A DNA stretch of 64,000 bases, from NCBI GenBank assembly GCA_012744475.1, contig JAAYBV010000065.1, forward strand, positions 46,187-110,186, in the 5' to 3' direction. The translations under genes were made by a program, and so were the position numbers. Origin of the DNA: Phycisphaerae bacterium (GTDB lineage Bacteria; Planctomycetota; Phycisphaerae; Sedimentisphaerales; Anaerobacaceae). Positions 56,196 through 64,000 of this stretch are shown one piece after another. A model generated the notes under the pieces. The model did no database searches, was not told the DNA's origin, and saw only the letters and a program-made list of their open reading frames with translations. Positions within the stretch are counted from its first letter, which is position 1; each line of letters begins with the position of its first letter.

Positions 56196-59132
56196 TCAAT
56201 ACGGCTCCGAAGCTCCCAATTCCATGTACCGGCGCAAACCAAAGGCCAGCTCCGGCACTCCCTGGGGCCAGAGGCTGATTACGAAGCTCTGTTCGTCGAG
56301 CGACTCATCAGCACTGAGCGTCATCGCCAGATTCATCCGATGATATCTGCGAATCAACGTTATATCACTTCGGATGCCCTCGCCATAGTCAAAATCGTAT
56401 TGCTGCGAGAAAACTGCGGTGTATCTCGGGTCGATGACATACGTGGCAGCAAATGTGACCGCGTTGGAGCCCTTCTCCTCTCCACGGACGACCCGGCGGA
56501 GATAACGGCTGCCAATATAGTAACTTAGGTTGGGCCAGCAAAGGCGCGAGAACCCCACGTCGATCTGTCCGAACACCCCGCTCTGCATGTCATAGTGCAT
56601 GTCCGCAAGGATGGAGGTCGTGTCCGTAAGCCTCAGGGCCGCATCAGCTCCGATGTAGTTGCGGCGAGGACCGAACAAGCCCGTCGCGCGTCGGTCGTGG
56701 GGCAGCAGCACGCTTCCCAAGGGGTTCACCAAAGGGATATAGGGCTGATTCCAGAGTATCTGATCGGGACCGGTATTGGGGTCCGCCGAATCCCGCACCC
56801 ACACGAAGTCCAGGTTCAGCTTGAGCCAATCGACCGTTCGCTGGCCCTCCGATCCCGCAGGACCGCGCTTGGTCTGCCATCGCTGGTAGATGCCTACATC
56901 TAGGACGTCCCGCTGCTCGGCGACCTCGTCGTCGTGGGTGTAGGCCACCGCGGTGATCTGAGGACTGATCACGTGCCGCAGTTGGTTCAGGTCCCACAGC
57001 CGCGATTGCACACCCGGATAGACCCGCCAGTACGGCTGCATCGCCATCCTCACGCCGCCCTCGCCAATCCAGACGGTGTCCTGCGGCTCGGCCGGCGAAT
57101 CGTCGAGGGCCGACTGGAATCCCCCTCCGTCCTCGTAGCCGAACGTACCGGCCACGAACGGCACAATCCGCGACCTGCCCACCGTCAGCGGCAGATCGAC
57201 TTCGTTGCGGGTCATGGTGTACATGAAGAACTCCTCTGAACCCCTCGAAGCCTCCTCCTCGTTGTAGAGATAGCGATACCGACTGACCTGGTTGTCGCTG
57301 TAGAACGTCAGACGATCCTGGAGGAAGGATTGGCCTGTCCAGTGAAACTGCCCCGTAGGGATCTCTTCGACCTTGTCGAGGAAGTCGTTCATCCTCGCCT
57401 TGCCCAAAAGAGAGAGGCCCCAGTTGTTCTCAATCCGTTTGAGGTGTAGCACGGTTTCCTGCTCTTTGCCGACGTTGAACTCGCTGCGATAGTATTGTTC
57501 AAGAAAGTTCCTGTCGGACAGATAGCTGGTCTCGGCGGTCAGTTGCCAGCCAAAGGGCAGAAAATGGCGATGCTGCCATCGCAGGCGGCCACGCGTGTCC
57601 TTGGACACCTCGACTTCCTTCTGGGACCGGCTGAGTCGATCCGTGCCATCGTCGTCGATCACGTACCCCAGGAGACTGCCGAAGTAGGTCTCGCGCTCAT
57701 ACTCGATGTCGACGCCGCCTCCGACGCCGCGTTTGCCATAGTAGTCCACCGACAGCGTGCTGTCGGTCCCCTGCGGCTCGCGAAGTCCGAGGATACGGCT
57801 GAGGAACCACTGCGTTTCGATCGAGGGCCCGTATGTCCTGCTGCTTCCGACTCGGGCAGACCGAATCGGGATGTCCGGCCTCTGGAGGTTGGGCCGGAGC
57901 GACGGAAGGCCGAACACGGTGGCGTTGTAGTACTTGAACCGAACGCCGTCCATCTGGACATCAAAGCCGGCGTCGGTCGATTCGCCGCCGTCCAAGACGG
58001 CTTGGGAAGAGGTGTCGGTGACGTGGACCTTCTCGGCGGTCACGGACAACTGGGGTGTATGGAACTCGCTCGTCGTCAGGGTCACACCGTGGGCTTCGAA
58101 CTCATTGGCGGCCACCTGTCTCAGCCGGCCGGCGCGGATGTAGATGGGGATGTTCCGTCTGGAATCGAAAGCCCGCATGACCGCGTCGTCGATCAGCCCG
58201 CGTTCGTTGCGGAAATCGTAGTACAGCTCACTGGCACGGATGGTCCGCTGGCCCTGCCGGAGATGGACGTCACCGCTGACGTAGATCTCACCGACGCCTC
58301 GCCGCTGTCCCGGCGACAAATCAGTCCCGGGCCGATTCGCGTCGGCGGCATGCCGCCAGAGAACGAGGTTGTCCGCCTCCAACTCGTATACCGTCGCGTC
58401 GGCCCCCTGCGCCGCTTGTTGCCACCACGCATAGAGCCGCCCCATGATAGTGGTCACCTCCACCCCATCCTCCCGTGTGATCTCGACGGTCAGAGGGACA
58501 TCGGTCATCGGCGACCAACTGAGCGTCTGCCCGACTTCGGGTTTGGCGGCACGAGGGCCGGCGGATGCGGTCCGTTTGGCAGACGGCATCGAGCCAGGCT
58601 CTGCGGAGTCGAAGGCCTCAATAGCCTGCCGGTACAGCAGAAGCCCCTGCGGGCTTCCGATTTCGCTCTTGTCGGCGGTGACGAAAACCTCACCTTCGAG
58701 GGCGAACACCAGCACGACCGCCCTGCCCTCCTCGACCGCCGCAACTTCCAGACCGGCATCTGTCAGTGCGGCCGTCTGCGTTCGCGAAATCGAGCCTTCC
58801 AGGTAGATCTGGACCCGATACCGGGTAGTCGCAGCCTCGGCAGCCTCAGCACCGATCGGTTCGATCCGCGCTACACCACGGTCGGCGGCGACGTGCACAC
58901 CCGCAACCGTTGTATCGAACCCTTCGCGGCAAATCAGAAGATGCTGTCCGGCTTCATTCTTCTGACCCAGCACATCCTTGCTGGTGATGTGAAGGTCCTG
59001 AACGATCCATCGCCGATCGGACGACGGGAGAACGGCATTGGACGACTCACTCAAAAGGGTCGCCTGACTGCCCAAGGCAACGAGCGGCAGCGTCCAGAAC
59101 AGTATGCTGGCGATCAGCAACGGATATCGCAT
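56196..59132 (-). CDS. lptD: LptD-like LPS assembly outer membrane protein
   Basis: Signal peptide, OstA-like N-region (QRTIRASELYYDF), large barrel with SYLSDRNFLEQY motif. Confidence 0.7.
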   Translation of the reverse strand: MRYPLLIASILFWTLPLVALGSQATLLSESSNAVLPSSDRRWIVQDLHITSKDVLGQKNEAGQHLLICREGFDTTVAGVHVAADRGVARIEPIGAEAAEAATTRYRVQIYLEGSISRTQTAALTDAGLEVAAVEEGRAVVLVFALEGEVFVTADKSEIGSPQGLLLYRQAIEAFDSAEPGSMPSAKRTASAGPRAAKPEVGQTLSWSPMTDVPLTVEITREDGVEVTTIMGRLYAWWQQAAQGADATVYELEADNLVLWRHAADANRPGTDLSPGQRRGVGEIYVSGDVHLRQGQRTIRASELYYDFRNERGLIDDAVMRAFDSRRNIPIYIRAGRLRQVAANEFEAHGVTLTTSEFHTPQLSVTAEKVHVTDTSSQAVLDGGESTDAGFDVQMDGVRFKYYNATVFGLPSLRPNLQRPDIPIRSARVGSSRTYGPSIETQWFLSRILGLREPQGTDSTLSVDYYGKRGVGGGVDIEYERETYFGSLLGYVIDDDGTDRLSRSQKEVEVSKDTRGRLRWQHRHFLPFGWQLTAETSYLSDRNFLEQYYRSEFNVGKEQETVLHLKRIENNWGLSLLGKARMNDFLDKVEEIPTGQFHWTGQSFLQDRLTFYSDNQVSRYRYLYNEEEASRGSEEFFMYTMTRNEVDLPLTVGRSRIVPFVAGTFGYEDGGGFQSALDDSPAEPQDTVWIGEGGVRMAMQPYWRVYPGVQSRLWDLNQLRHVISPQITAVAYTHDDEVAEQRDVLDVGIYQRWQTKRGPAGSEGQRTVDWLKLNLDFVWVRDSADPNTGPDQILWNQPYIPLVNPLGSVLLPHDRRATGLFGPRRNYIGADAALRLTDTTSILADMHYDMQSGVFGQIDVGFSRLCWPNLSYYIGSRYLRRVVRGEEKGSNAVTFAATYVIDPRYTAVFSQQYDFDYGEGIRSDITLIRRYHRMNLAMTLSADESLDEQSFVISLWPQGVPELAFGLRRYMELGASEPY

Positions 59133-59331
59133 CCTGCGACGGTCTCACAAACAACAACCTGGGCATCCTGCCCGACTTATGTTTGGACGAGATTATAGTC
59201 GGCCACCGCGGCAAAGCCAGCAAAAACCCCACTTGCATCGAAGACCGCTTGATCCGGCTGACAGACGGCGATAGAAAAGGCCGCTGGAACACGACAGACC
59301 TTACGGAAACGCCTGGACACGGATAACGGAT

Positions 59332-59622
59332 ATGGCTCGACAGGACTATACGCCGCATCAGCAGAACATCATCTCTCAGTACTACCGTAACCTCGACACG
59401 ATCATGCTCGCCAAGCTCCAGGATCTGGTCACCGAGCTGTATCTGGCCGACAGCGAAACCAAGCGAGACCGCCTCTGGAAACGAGTCCAGCAGGCCATCG
59501 CCAAGCTGGGCGTCCCGGGGCCGCTCGCGGAGCACATCCTGGCGACCCGAAACGTCGAGGTCCTGGCGGCCAATCTTCAGGACTGGCTCAAGAAGGGCAA
59601 CGCCGGCGCCGCCAAACGATAG
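59332..59622 (+). CDS. Small helical hypothetical protein
   Basis: 96 aa ORF with host-like codon usage; IISQYYRNLDTIMLAKLQDLVTELYLA. Confidence 0.7.
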   Translation: MARQDYTPHQQNIISQYYRNLDTIMLAKLQDLVTELYLADSETKRDRLWKRVQQAIAKLGVPGPLAEHILATRNVEVLAANLQDWLKKGNAGAAKR

Positions 59623-59820
59623 CACCGTCCTTCCTCGTTGCCGACGTTGCCCGCAGCTCGGCCTTCCCCTGAGGCTGCCGATGCGGTATACTACAGTCAT
59701 CCCCCGTGGAAAGGCGCTGGGACGGGTTCGGGACTTGAGATTCTGGACCGCAGATTGCGGAGTGGCGCCTGGGGATGAACCCGCAATCGGCAATCGGCGA
59801 TTCACCAGACGGAGAACGAT

Positions 59821-60957
59821 ATGACCGAAGAGTACTCGCCTGCCGCCAAGGTTTACCCCACCGAGAACCTGGGCAAGTACAGCATCCTGGACATGCTCAA
59901 GTACTTCGAGGAGCACGGCGCCATGCGGGTCTCCGACCTGCACATCAAGGTCAACGCGCCGCCGGCCTATCGCATCGACGGCAACCTCGTCAAGCTCAAG
60001 GGTCCCAACGTGACGCCGGAACTGGCCAAGCAGCTCATCTTCCCGCTCCTCCGCCAGCAGAACATCACCAAGCTCCAGACCCAGCACAGCGTGGACTGTT
60101 CCTACCGGCTCGGCTCGCTTCAGTTCCGGATCAACGTCTTCCGCGAGAACGACGGGATCGCCGCCGCCATCCGGGCCTTGTCGCTCGATGTGCCCCCCGT
60201 CGAGCAGATCGGCTTTCCCAACGACGTCTGGCACGACATCATCAATCTCAAGCAGGGACTGGTCCTGCTGACCGGGATCACCGGCGCGGGCAAGTCCACC
60301 ACGATCGCCTCGCTGATCGGACGCATCAGCGACAAGAATGCCTATCGCATCTTCTCCGTGGAAGACCCGATCGAGTACATCTTCCAGCAGAAATACTCGA
60401 TCGTCTCGCAGCGCGAGGTCGGCCGCGACGTGCGATCTTTCCAGGACGGTCTTAAAGAGATGATGCGGGAAGACCCCGACGTCATCTTCGTGGGCGAGAT
60501 GCGCGACGCCGAGACCATCGCGATGACCCTGATGGCCGCCGAGACGGGGCACCTGGTCTTCTCCACGCTGCACACGCGCGACGTCACCGGCTCGGTGACG
60601 CGCATCCTCGACTACTTCCCGGAGGGCCGGCAGTCGGAGGTCCGCAACCAGCTCTCGCTCGGCCTGGCCTACATCATCTGCCAGAAGCTCGTGCCGCGCA
60701 AGAACGGCCAGGGACGCGTCGTCGCGATGGAGATTCTCAACAACAACTACGCCTGCGCCAACCTGATCCGGACGGGCAAGATCGAGCAGCTCTACTCGCA
60801 GCTCCAGACCAAGACGCGCGACCGCCAGGATGAGAAGATGATCACGATGGAGAAGCACCTGTCCATGCTGGTCAAGGATGAAGTCATCGACTTGCTCGAA
60901 GCCCAGAAATGGGCCAACGACCTGAAAGCCTTCGTAGACTGCATGCAGCGAGGGTAA
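59821..60957 (+). CDS. pilT: PilT/PilU family type IV pilus retraction ATPase
   Basis: SDLHI, GITGAGKS, VEDPIEY, QREVG, REDPDVIFVGEMRD, STLHT. Confidence 0.88.
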   Translation: MTEEYSPAAKVYPTENLGKYSILDMLKYFEEHGAMRVSDLHIKVNAPPAYRIDGNLVKLKGPNVTPELAKQLIFPLLRQQNITKLQTQHSVDCSYRLGSLQFRINVFRENDGIAAAIRALSLDVPPVEQIGFPNDVWHDIINLKQGLVLLTGITGAGKSTTIASLIGRISDKNAYRIFSVEDPIEYIFQQKYSIVSQREVGRDVRSFQDGLKEMMREDPDVIFVGEMRDAETIAMTLMAAETGHLVFSTLHTRDVTGSVTRILDYFPEGRQSEVRNQLSLGLAYIICQKLVPRKNGQGRVVAMEILNNNYACANLIRTGKIEQLYSQLQTKTRDRQDEKMITMEKHLSMLVKDEVIDLLEAQKWANDLKAFVDCMQRG

Positions 60958-61008
60958 TCACTGCGGCTCGCTTGCGTCGGACGGGCAGCCGCCTGGGTTC
61001 GTGTGAGA

Positions 61009-61905
61009 ATGACCATCGAGTTCAACTGTCCGAAGTGCGGCGCGCTGATCGCGTTCGACAGCAAACACGCCGGCCGACGCGCGCGATGCCTGACGTGCGG
61101 CCAGAAGCTCATCATCCCGTCGGAGAGTTTCAAGAAACCCGAAAAGGTCGCGCCCGAACCCGAGCGACCGGCCGAACCGGTCCCCGGATTCTATCGCGCC
61201 GTCTTCGTCGACAACTCCAAGCTGTTCGTAGATCCCAAGAATGCGACAACACTGGTCTTTGTCGTCGCGGTGGTCTGTTTCCGGTTCTTCCTCGCCCGAG
61301 GCGCCTGCTGTCTGAACCATGTGACGACGATCGTCACGTGGGGATGGCTGTTCGGATTCTACCTCAACGTGATCTACCAGACCGCCTTCGATGATGATGT
61401 ACTGCCCGAGATCTATATCGGCACGCTCGGCACATCCGTCTGGTACGCCGCCTATCCGCTGCTGATTTTCGGTCTGACGCTGGCCTTCGTCGAGCTGCCC
61501 TTCTTCATCGCGCTGTGGCTGGTCCAGGATTGGGGAGTCACCATGAGCAATTTCTTCTCCTCCGTCGGTCCCGTGTATCTGCTCCTGCAATTCTGCTTCT
61601 TGCTGGGCCTGTTCCTGTTTCCCTCCGCCATCCTGACCACCGCCGTGGGCAAGGACATCGCGCTGTTGCGCCCGGATTATCTGCTCGCCCCGGTGATGCA
61701 CGCCTTCGCGCCACACGTGACGTGCGTCGTGCTGCTGGCCGCCGCGTGCTTCCTCCAGACGCAGGCCGGGCAATACACCGGCGCACACCCGATCGCCACC
61801 GCCCTGTACCTGGCCCTGAACCTACTGGTCCAGGTCGTCGCAATCTTCGCTATGCGCGCCATCGGCCTGCTCTACCGCCATTACGCCTGCTGCTTCAAGT
61901 GGTAG
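61009..61905 (+). CDS. Zinc-ribbon plus multi-TM hypothetical membrane protein
   Basis: CPKCG...CLTCG N-terminus followed by about 6 hydrophobic segments. Confidence 0.7.
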   Translation: MTIEFNCPKCGALIAFDSKHAGRRARCLTCGQKLIIPSESFKKPEKVAPEPERPAEPVPGFYRAVFVDNSKLFVDPKNATTLVFVVAVVCFRFFLARGACCLNHVTTIVTWGWLFGFYLNVIYQTAFDDDVLPEIYIGTLGTSVWYAAYPLLIFGLTLAFVELPFFIALWLVQDWGVTMSNFFSSVGPVYLLLQFCFLLGLFLFPSAILTTAVGKDIALLRPDYLLAPVMHAFAPHVTCVVLLAAACFLQTQAGQYTGAHPIATALYLALNLLVQVVAIFAMRAIGLLYRHYACCFKW

Positions 61906-61923
61906 CCCCGGCCCACTGGCGCC

Positions 61924-62517
61924 TCAGTGCGAGCCGTGCAGGACACTCGCAAGCAACTGCTGGAGCAGTTCCATGGGCAGGCCCATGACGTTGGTGAAGC
62001 TGCCCTCGATGCGCGCGACGAACTCGTCGCCGGTTTCCTGGATGCCGTAGGCGCCCGCCTTGCCCTCCCACGTGCGGCCGGCGATATGGCCGGCGATCTG
62101 CTCGTCGCTGAGCTTGCGCGGATAGACCGTGGTGACATCCGAGCGGACGATCTCGAGGCCATCGGCCAGCCGGACCAGAGCCAGCCCGGTGATGACCTCG
62201 TGGGGCCGGCTGAAGAGCTTCCGGGTGATACGTTCGGCGTCCCGTTCGTCGACGGGCTTGCCGATGATCTCGCCTTCGCAATTGACGATCGTGTCGGCCC
62301 CAAGAACAAGGTGGTCGGGATACTTCGGCGCAACGTACCGGGCCTTGGCCAAGGCCAGAAGCTCGGCATACCGGGTGGAGCTGTACCCGTCGGGGGAAAA
62401 CGTCTCCTCATCGATCTCGGAAGGGACGACGTCGAAGACGTAGCCGGCCTGCGTGAGAAGATCCTTGCGGCGCGGGGAAGCCGAGGCCAGGACTATCCTT
62501 GTCGTCGAGTCATCCAT
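61924..62517 (-). CDS. maf: Maf family nucleoside triphosphate pyrophosphatase
   Basis: VLASASPRRKDLL, LGADTIV, KAGAYGIQ, NVMGLP. Confidence 0.95.
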   Translation of the reverse strand: MDDSTTRIVLASASPRRKDLLTQAGYVFDVVPSEIDEETFSPDGYSSTRYAELLALAKARYVAPKYPDHLVLGADTIVNCEGEIIGKPVDERDAERITRKLFSRPHEVITGLALVRLADGLEIVRSDVTTVYPRKLSDEQIAGHIAGRTWEGKAGAYGIQETGDEFVARIEGSFTNVMGLPMELLQQLLASVLHGSH

Positions 62518-62543
62518 GCCGCCGCCATCCTGTTCAAAGCGTG

Positions 62544-63650
62544 CTACTGCGTGACCTTGGATGCGTCTGCCTCATCGGCCCGGACAAACGCCATGCCTCC
62601 GACAATCCGACGGCAGAAGAGCGAGTACTCCTGCTCCAGACGGTCGAAGTCGCTGCCGACGTAGCGTTCGAAGAGCTGCGGCCCGACGATTCGGTTCCAC
62701 TGGATCGTCCGGGACAGATTGCGATCCTCAGCGGTCCGGCTCGCTTCCTGGTCCAGGGGCCACTCTCCGAGCAAGCCATCCCACAGAAGCCGATGATAGC
62801 GGGTCGCCCGCTTGCCGCGATCCGCCTCCCGCAGAAAGCGCACCAGCGCGTACGACTGGCTGTAGAACGCCAGGACCGTCTCGTTCTCGTCCGTCGCGAG
62901 AACCTCGCCCGGGCTGGTCGCGATCAACTCCTTCAGAAGCATCTGCTTGCCGTTGACCAGGGTCTCACTGAGGGTCCCGAGCCTCTGATAGTTTCGAGCC
63001 GCGTCAAAAGAGTACATTCCGTTCTCGTACGCACAAGTCTCGAAGAGCATGGCGATGCCTTCGTCCAGCCAGCTCGGCAGGCGGTACTTGAAATGGCGGC
63101 TGTTGAACTGATGCCATCCTTCGTGCCCGATCGCCGAAAGCGTTCTCTTGCGACCGATATCATACACGACACAGGCCCCGTTGAGATAGTAGGCGCCGGT
63201 CTTGATCTTGCAGAAGACCGTGGCCTGGTTGCCCGCGAAGGCATGCGTGAACCTCTCCCATTCGTCCCGTTGGGCGAACAGGTAGATATCGAACTTCGCG
63301 ACCGTCTCAATCGGCTGCGGCAACTGATCGTTGTAGCCCCAATAGGCCGATTCGACGTAACCGGGAAGGGTGCGAAGCAGCAACGGCTCCAGGAGTGTGG
63401 TGAGGATGCAGTAGTGATCGGTGGTCAGCTTCAGGCCGGGGCCATAGGGATTGTCCCAGAGTTCCACCGACTGGAGGGCCGGGAGGTTCTCGCTCCGCAG
63501 ACGCTCCATCGCCATGATGTGCGTGTCCTTGGCGCGCGCCTCGTCCACGGGCGCCACATGCGCACGCTTGGACGACGAGCACCCGGCCAAGCAGGCGATC
63601 ACCAAGAGGGGAACCATGGTGAGCTTCCGAGCCATACCTTCCTCCTCCAT
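62544..63650 (-). CDS. Lipoprotein with HExxH metallopeptidase-like (DUF1570-like) domain
   Basis: LAGC lipobox; GHEGWHQF; SWLDEGIAMLFE; FYSQSYALVRFL. Confidence 0.72.
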   Translation of the reverse strand: MEEEGMARKLTMVPLLVIACLAGCSSSKRAHVAPVDEARAKDTHIMAMERLRSENLPALQSVELWDNPYGPGLKLTTDHYCILTTLLEPLLLRTLPGYVESAYWGYNDQLPQPIETVAKFDIYLFAQRDEWERFTHAFAGNQATVFCKIKTGAYYLNGACVVYDIGRKRTLSAIGHEGWHQFNSRHFKYRLPSWLDEGIAMLFETCAYENGMYSFDAARNYQRLGTLSETLVNGKQMLLKELIATSPGEVLATDENETVLAFYSQSYALVRFLREADRGKRATRYHRLLWDGLLGEWPLDQEASRTAEDRNLSRTIQWNRIVGPQLFERYVGSDFDRLEQEYSLFCRRIVGGMAFVRADEADASKVTQ

Positions 63651-63888
63651 GTCAGAGTACTTCTATCACCCCAGAAGAAACGACCTCCGTCCAGCCGACC
63701 GCGATGAATCGCGTCACAGGATTCGGCGGCAGGCCGGTCCCGGAGGCCACCGGTTCAACACCACAATCTATCAAAGTATACCAAATCCACCACCATCTTC
63801 CGACCAAAATGAAGCCGGCAAGCCCAGGAAAGACCCATAAGAACACGGATCAGGACCCAGTCAACGACGATCTGCACGCCGCATGCTC

Positions 63889-64000
63889 TCACAGATCCCG
63901 GAATGCGGCCCCAAACACCTCGGCGGTGAAGAGGAAGACCTGGGTCTTCGGGTCCTTCCAGGCATCGGGCGACAGCCCGGCCTTGTGGGAGCAGCAGTAC
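63889..64000 (-). CDS. AMMECR1-domain (AmmeMemoRadiSam protein A-like) C-terminus, truncated by window edge
   Basis: Manual translation YCCSHKAGLSPDAWKDPKTQVFLFTAEVFGAAFRDL*. Confidence 0.75.
   Translation of the reverse strand, partial: YCCSHKAGLSPDAWKDPKTQVFLFTAEVFGAAFRDL

Noticed and set aside
59745-59805. CAATCGG / GATTGCGG short repeats upstream of pilT
   Set aside because: Only two or three imperfect heptamers; too weak to call
1-64000. tRNA, rRNA, integrase, transposase or prophage genes
   Set aside because: None recognised by eye; tRNAscan-SE and Infernal would be needed to exclude atypical RNAs

Overview
High-GC (roughly 65% in coding regions, spot counts) chromosomal segment from a diderm bacterium. 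The gene repertoire (DUF2617-, DUF1570- and DUF4139-type genes, prepilin-type protein, four-subunit 2-oxoacid:ferredoxin oxidoreductase, LptD/Lol, LysM L,D-transpeptidase) is most consistent with an anaerobic Planctomycetota (Phycisphaerae/Sedimentisphaerales-like); this is inference. About 55 coding regions, mostly housekeeping (rnc, clpX, rarA, ilvE, lysS, fba, maf, lolCDE-like, lptD-like, S41 protease). No rRNA, tRNA, CRISPR array, prophage or intact transposase was seen. Most noteworthy: (1) an ECF sigma / zinc anti-sigma operon in which the anti-sigma carries an extracytoplasmic DUF4139-like domain and is followed by three secreted DUF4139-like paralogs with a hypervariable central segment; (2) a metal ABC-uptake cluster containing a prepilin-type gene, a secreted unknown protein, a Cys-variant binding protein and a His-rich Ni/Co-type permease; (3) a low-GC orphan gene with a HEPN-type RxxxxH motif plus C-terminal HTH; (4) a promoter- and terminator-bounded ~140 nt candidate sRNA; (5) a DUF433/DUF5615 toxin-antitoxin cassette bracketed by direct GTAG-type REP-like repeats. 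All family assignments come from motif recognition by eye, not database searches.
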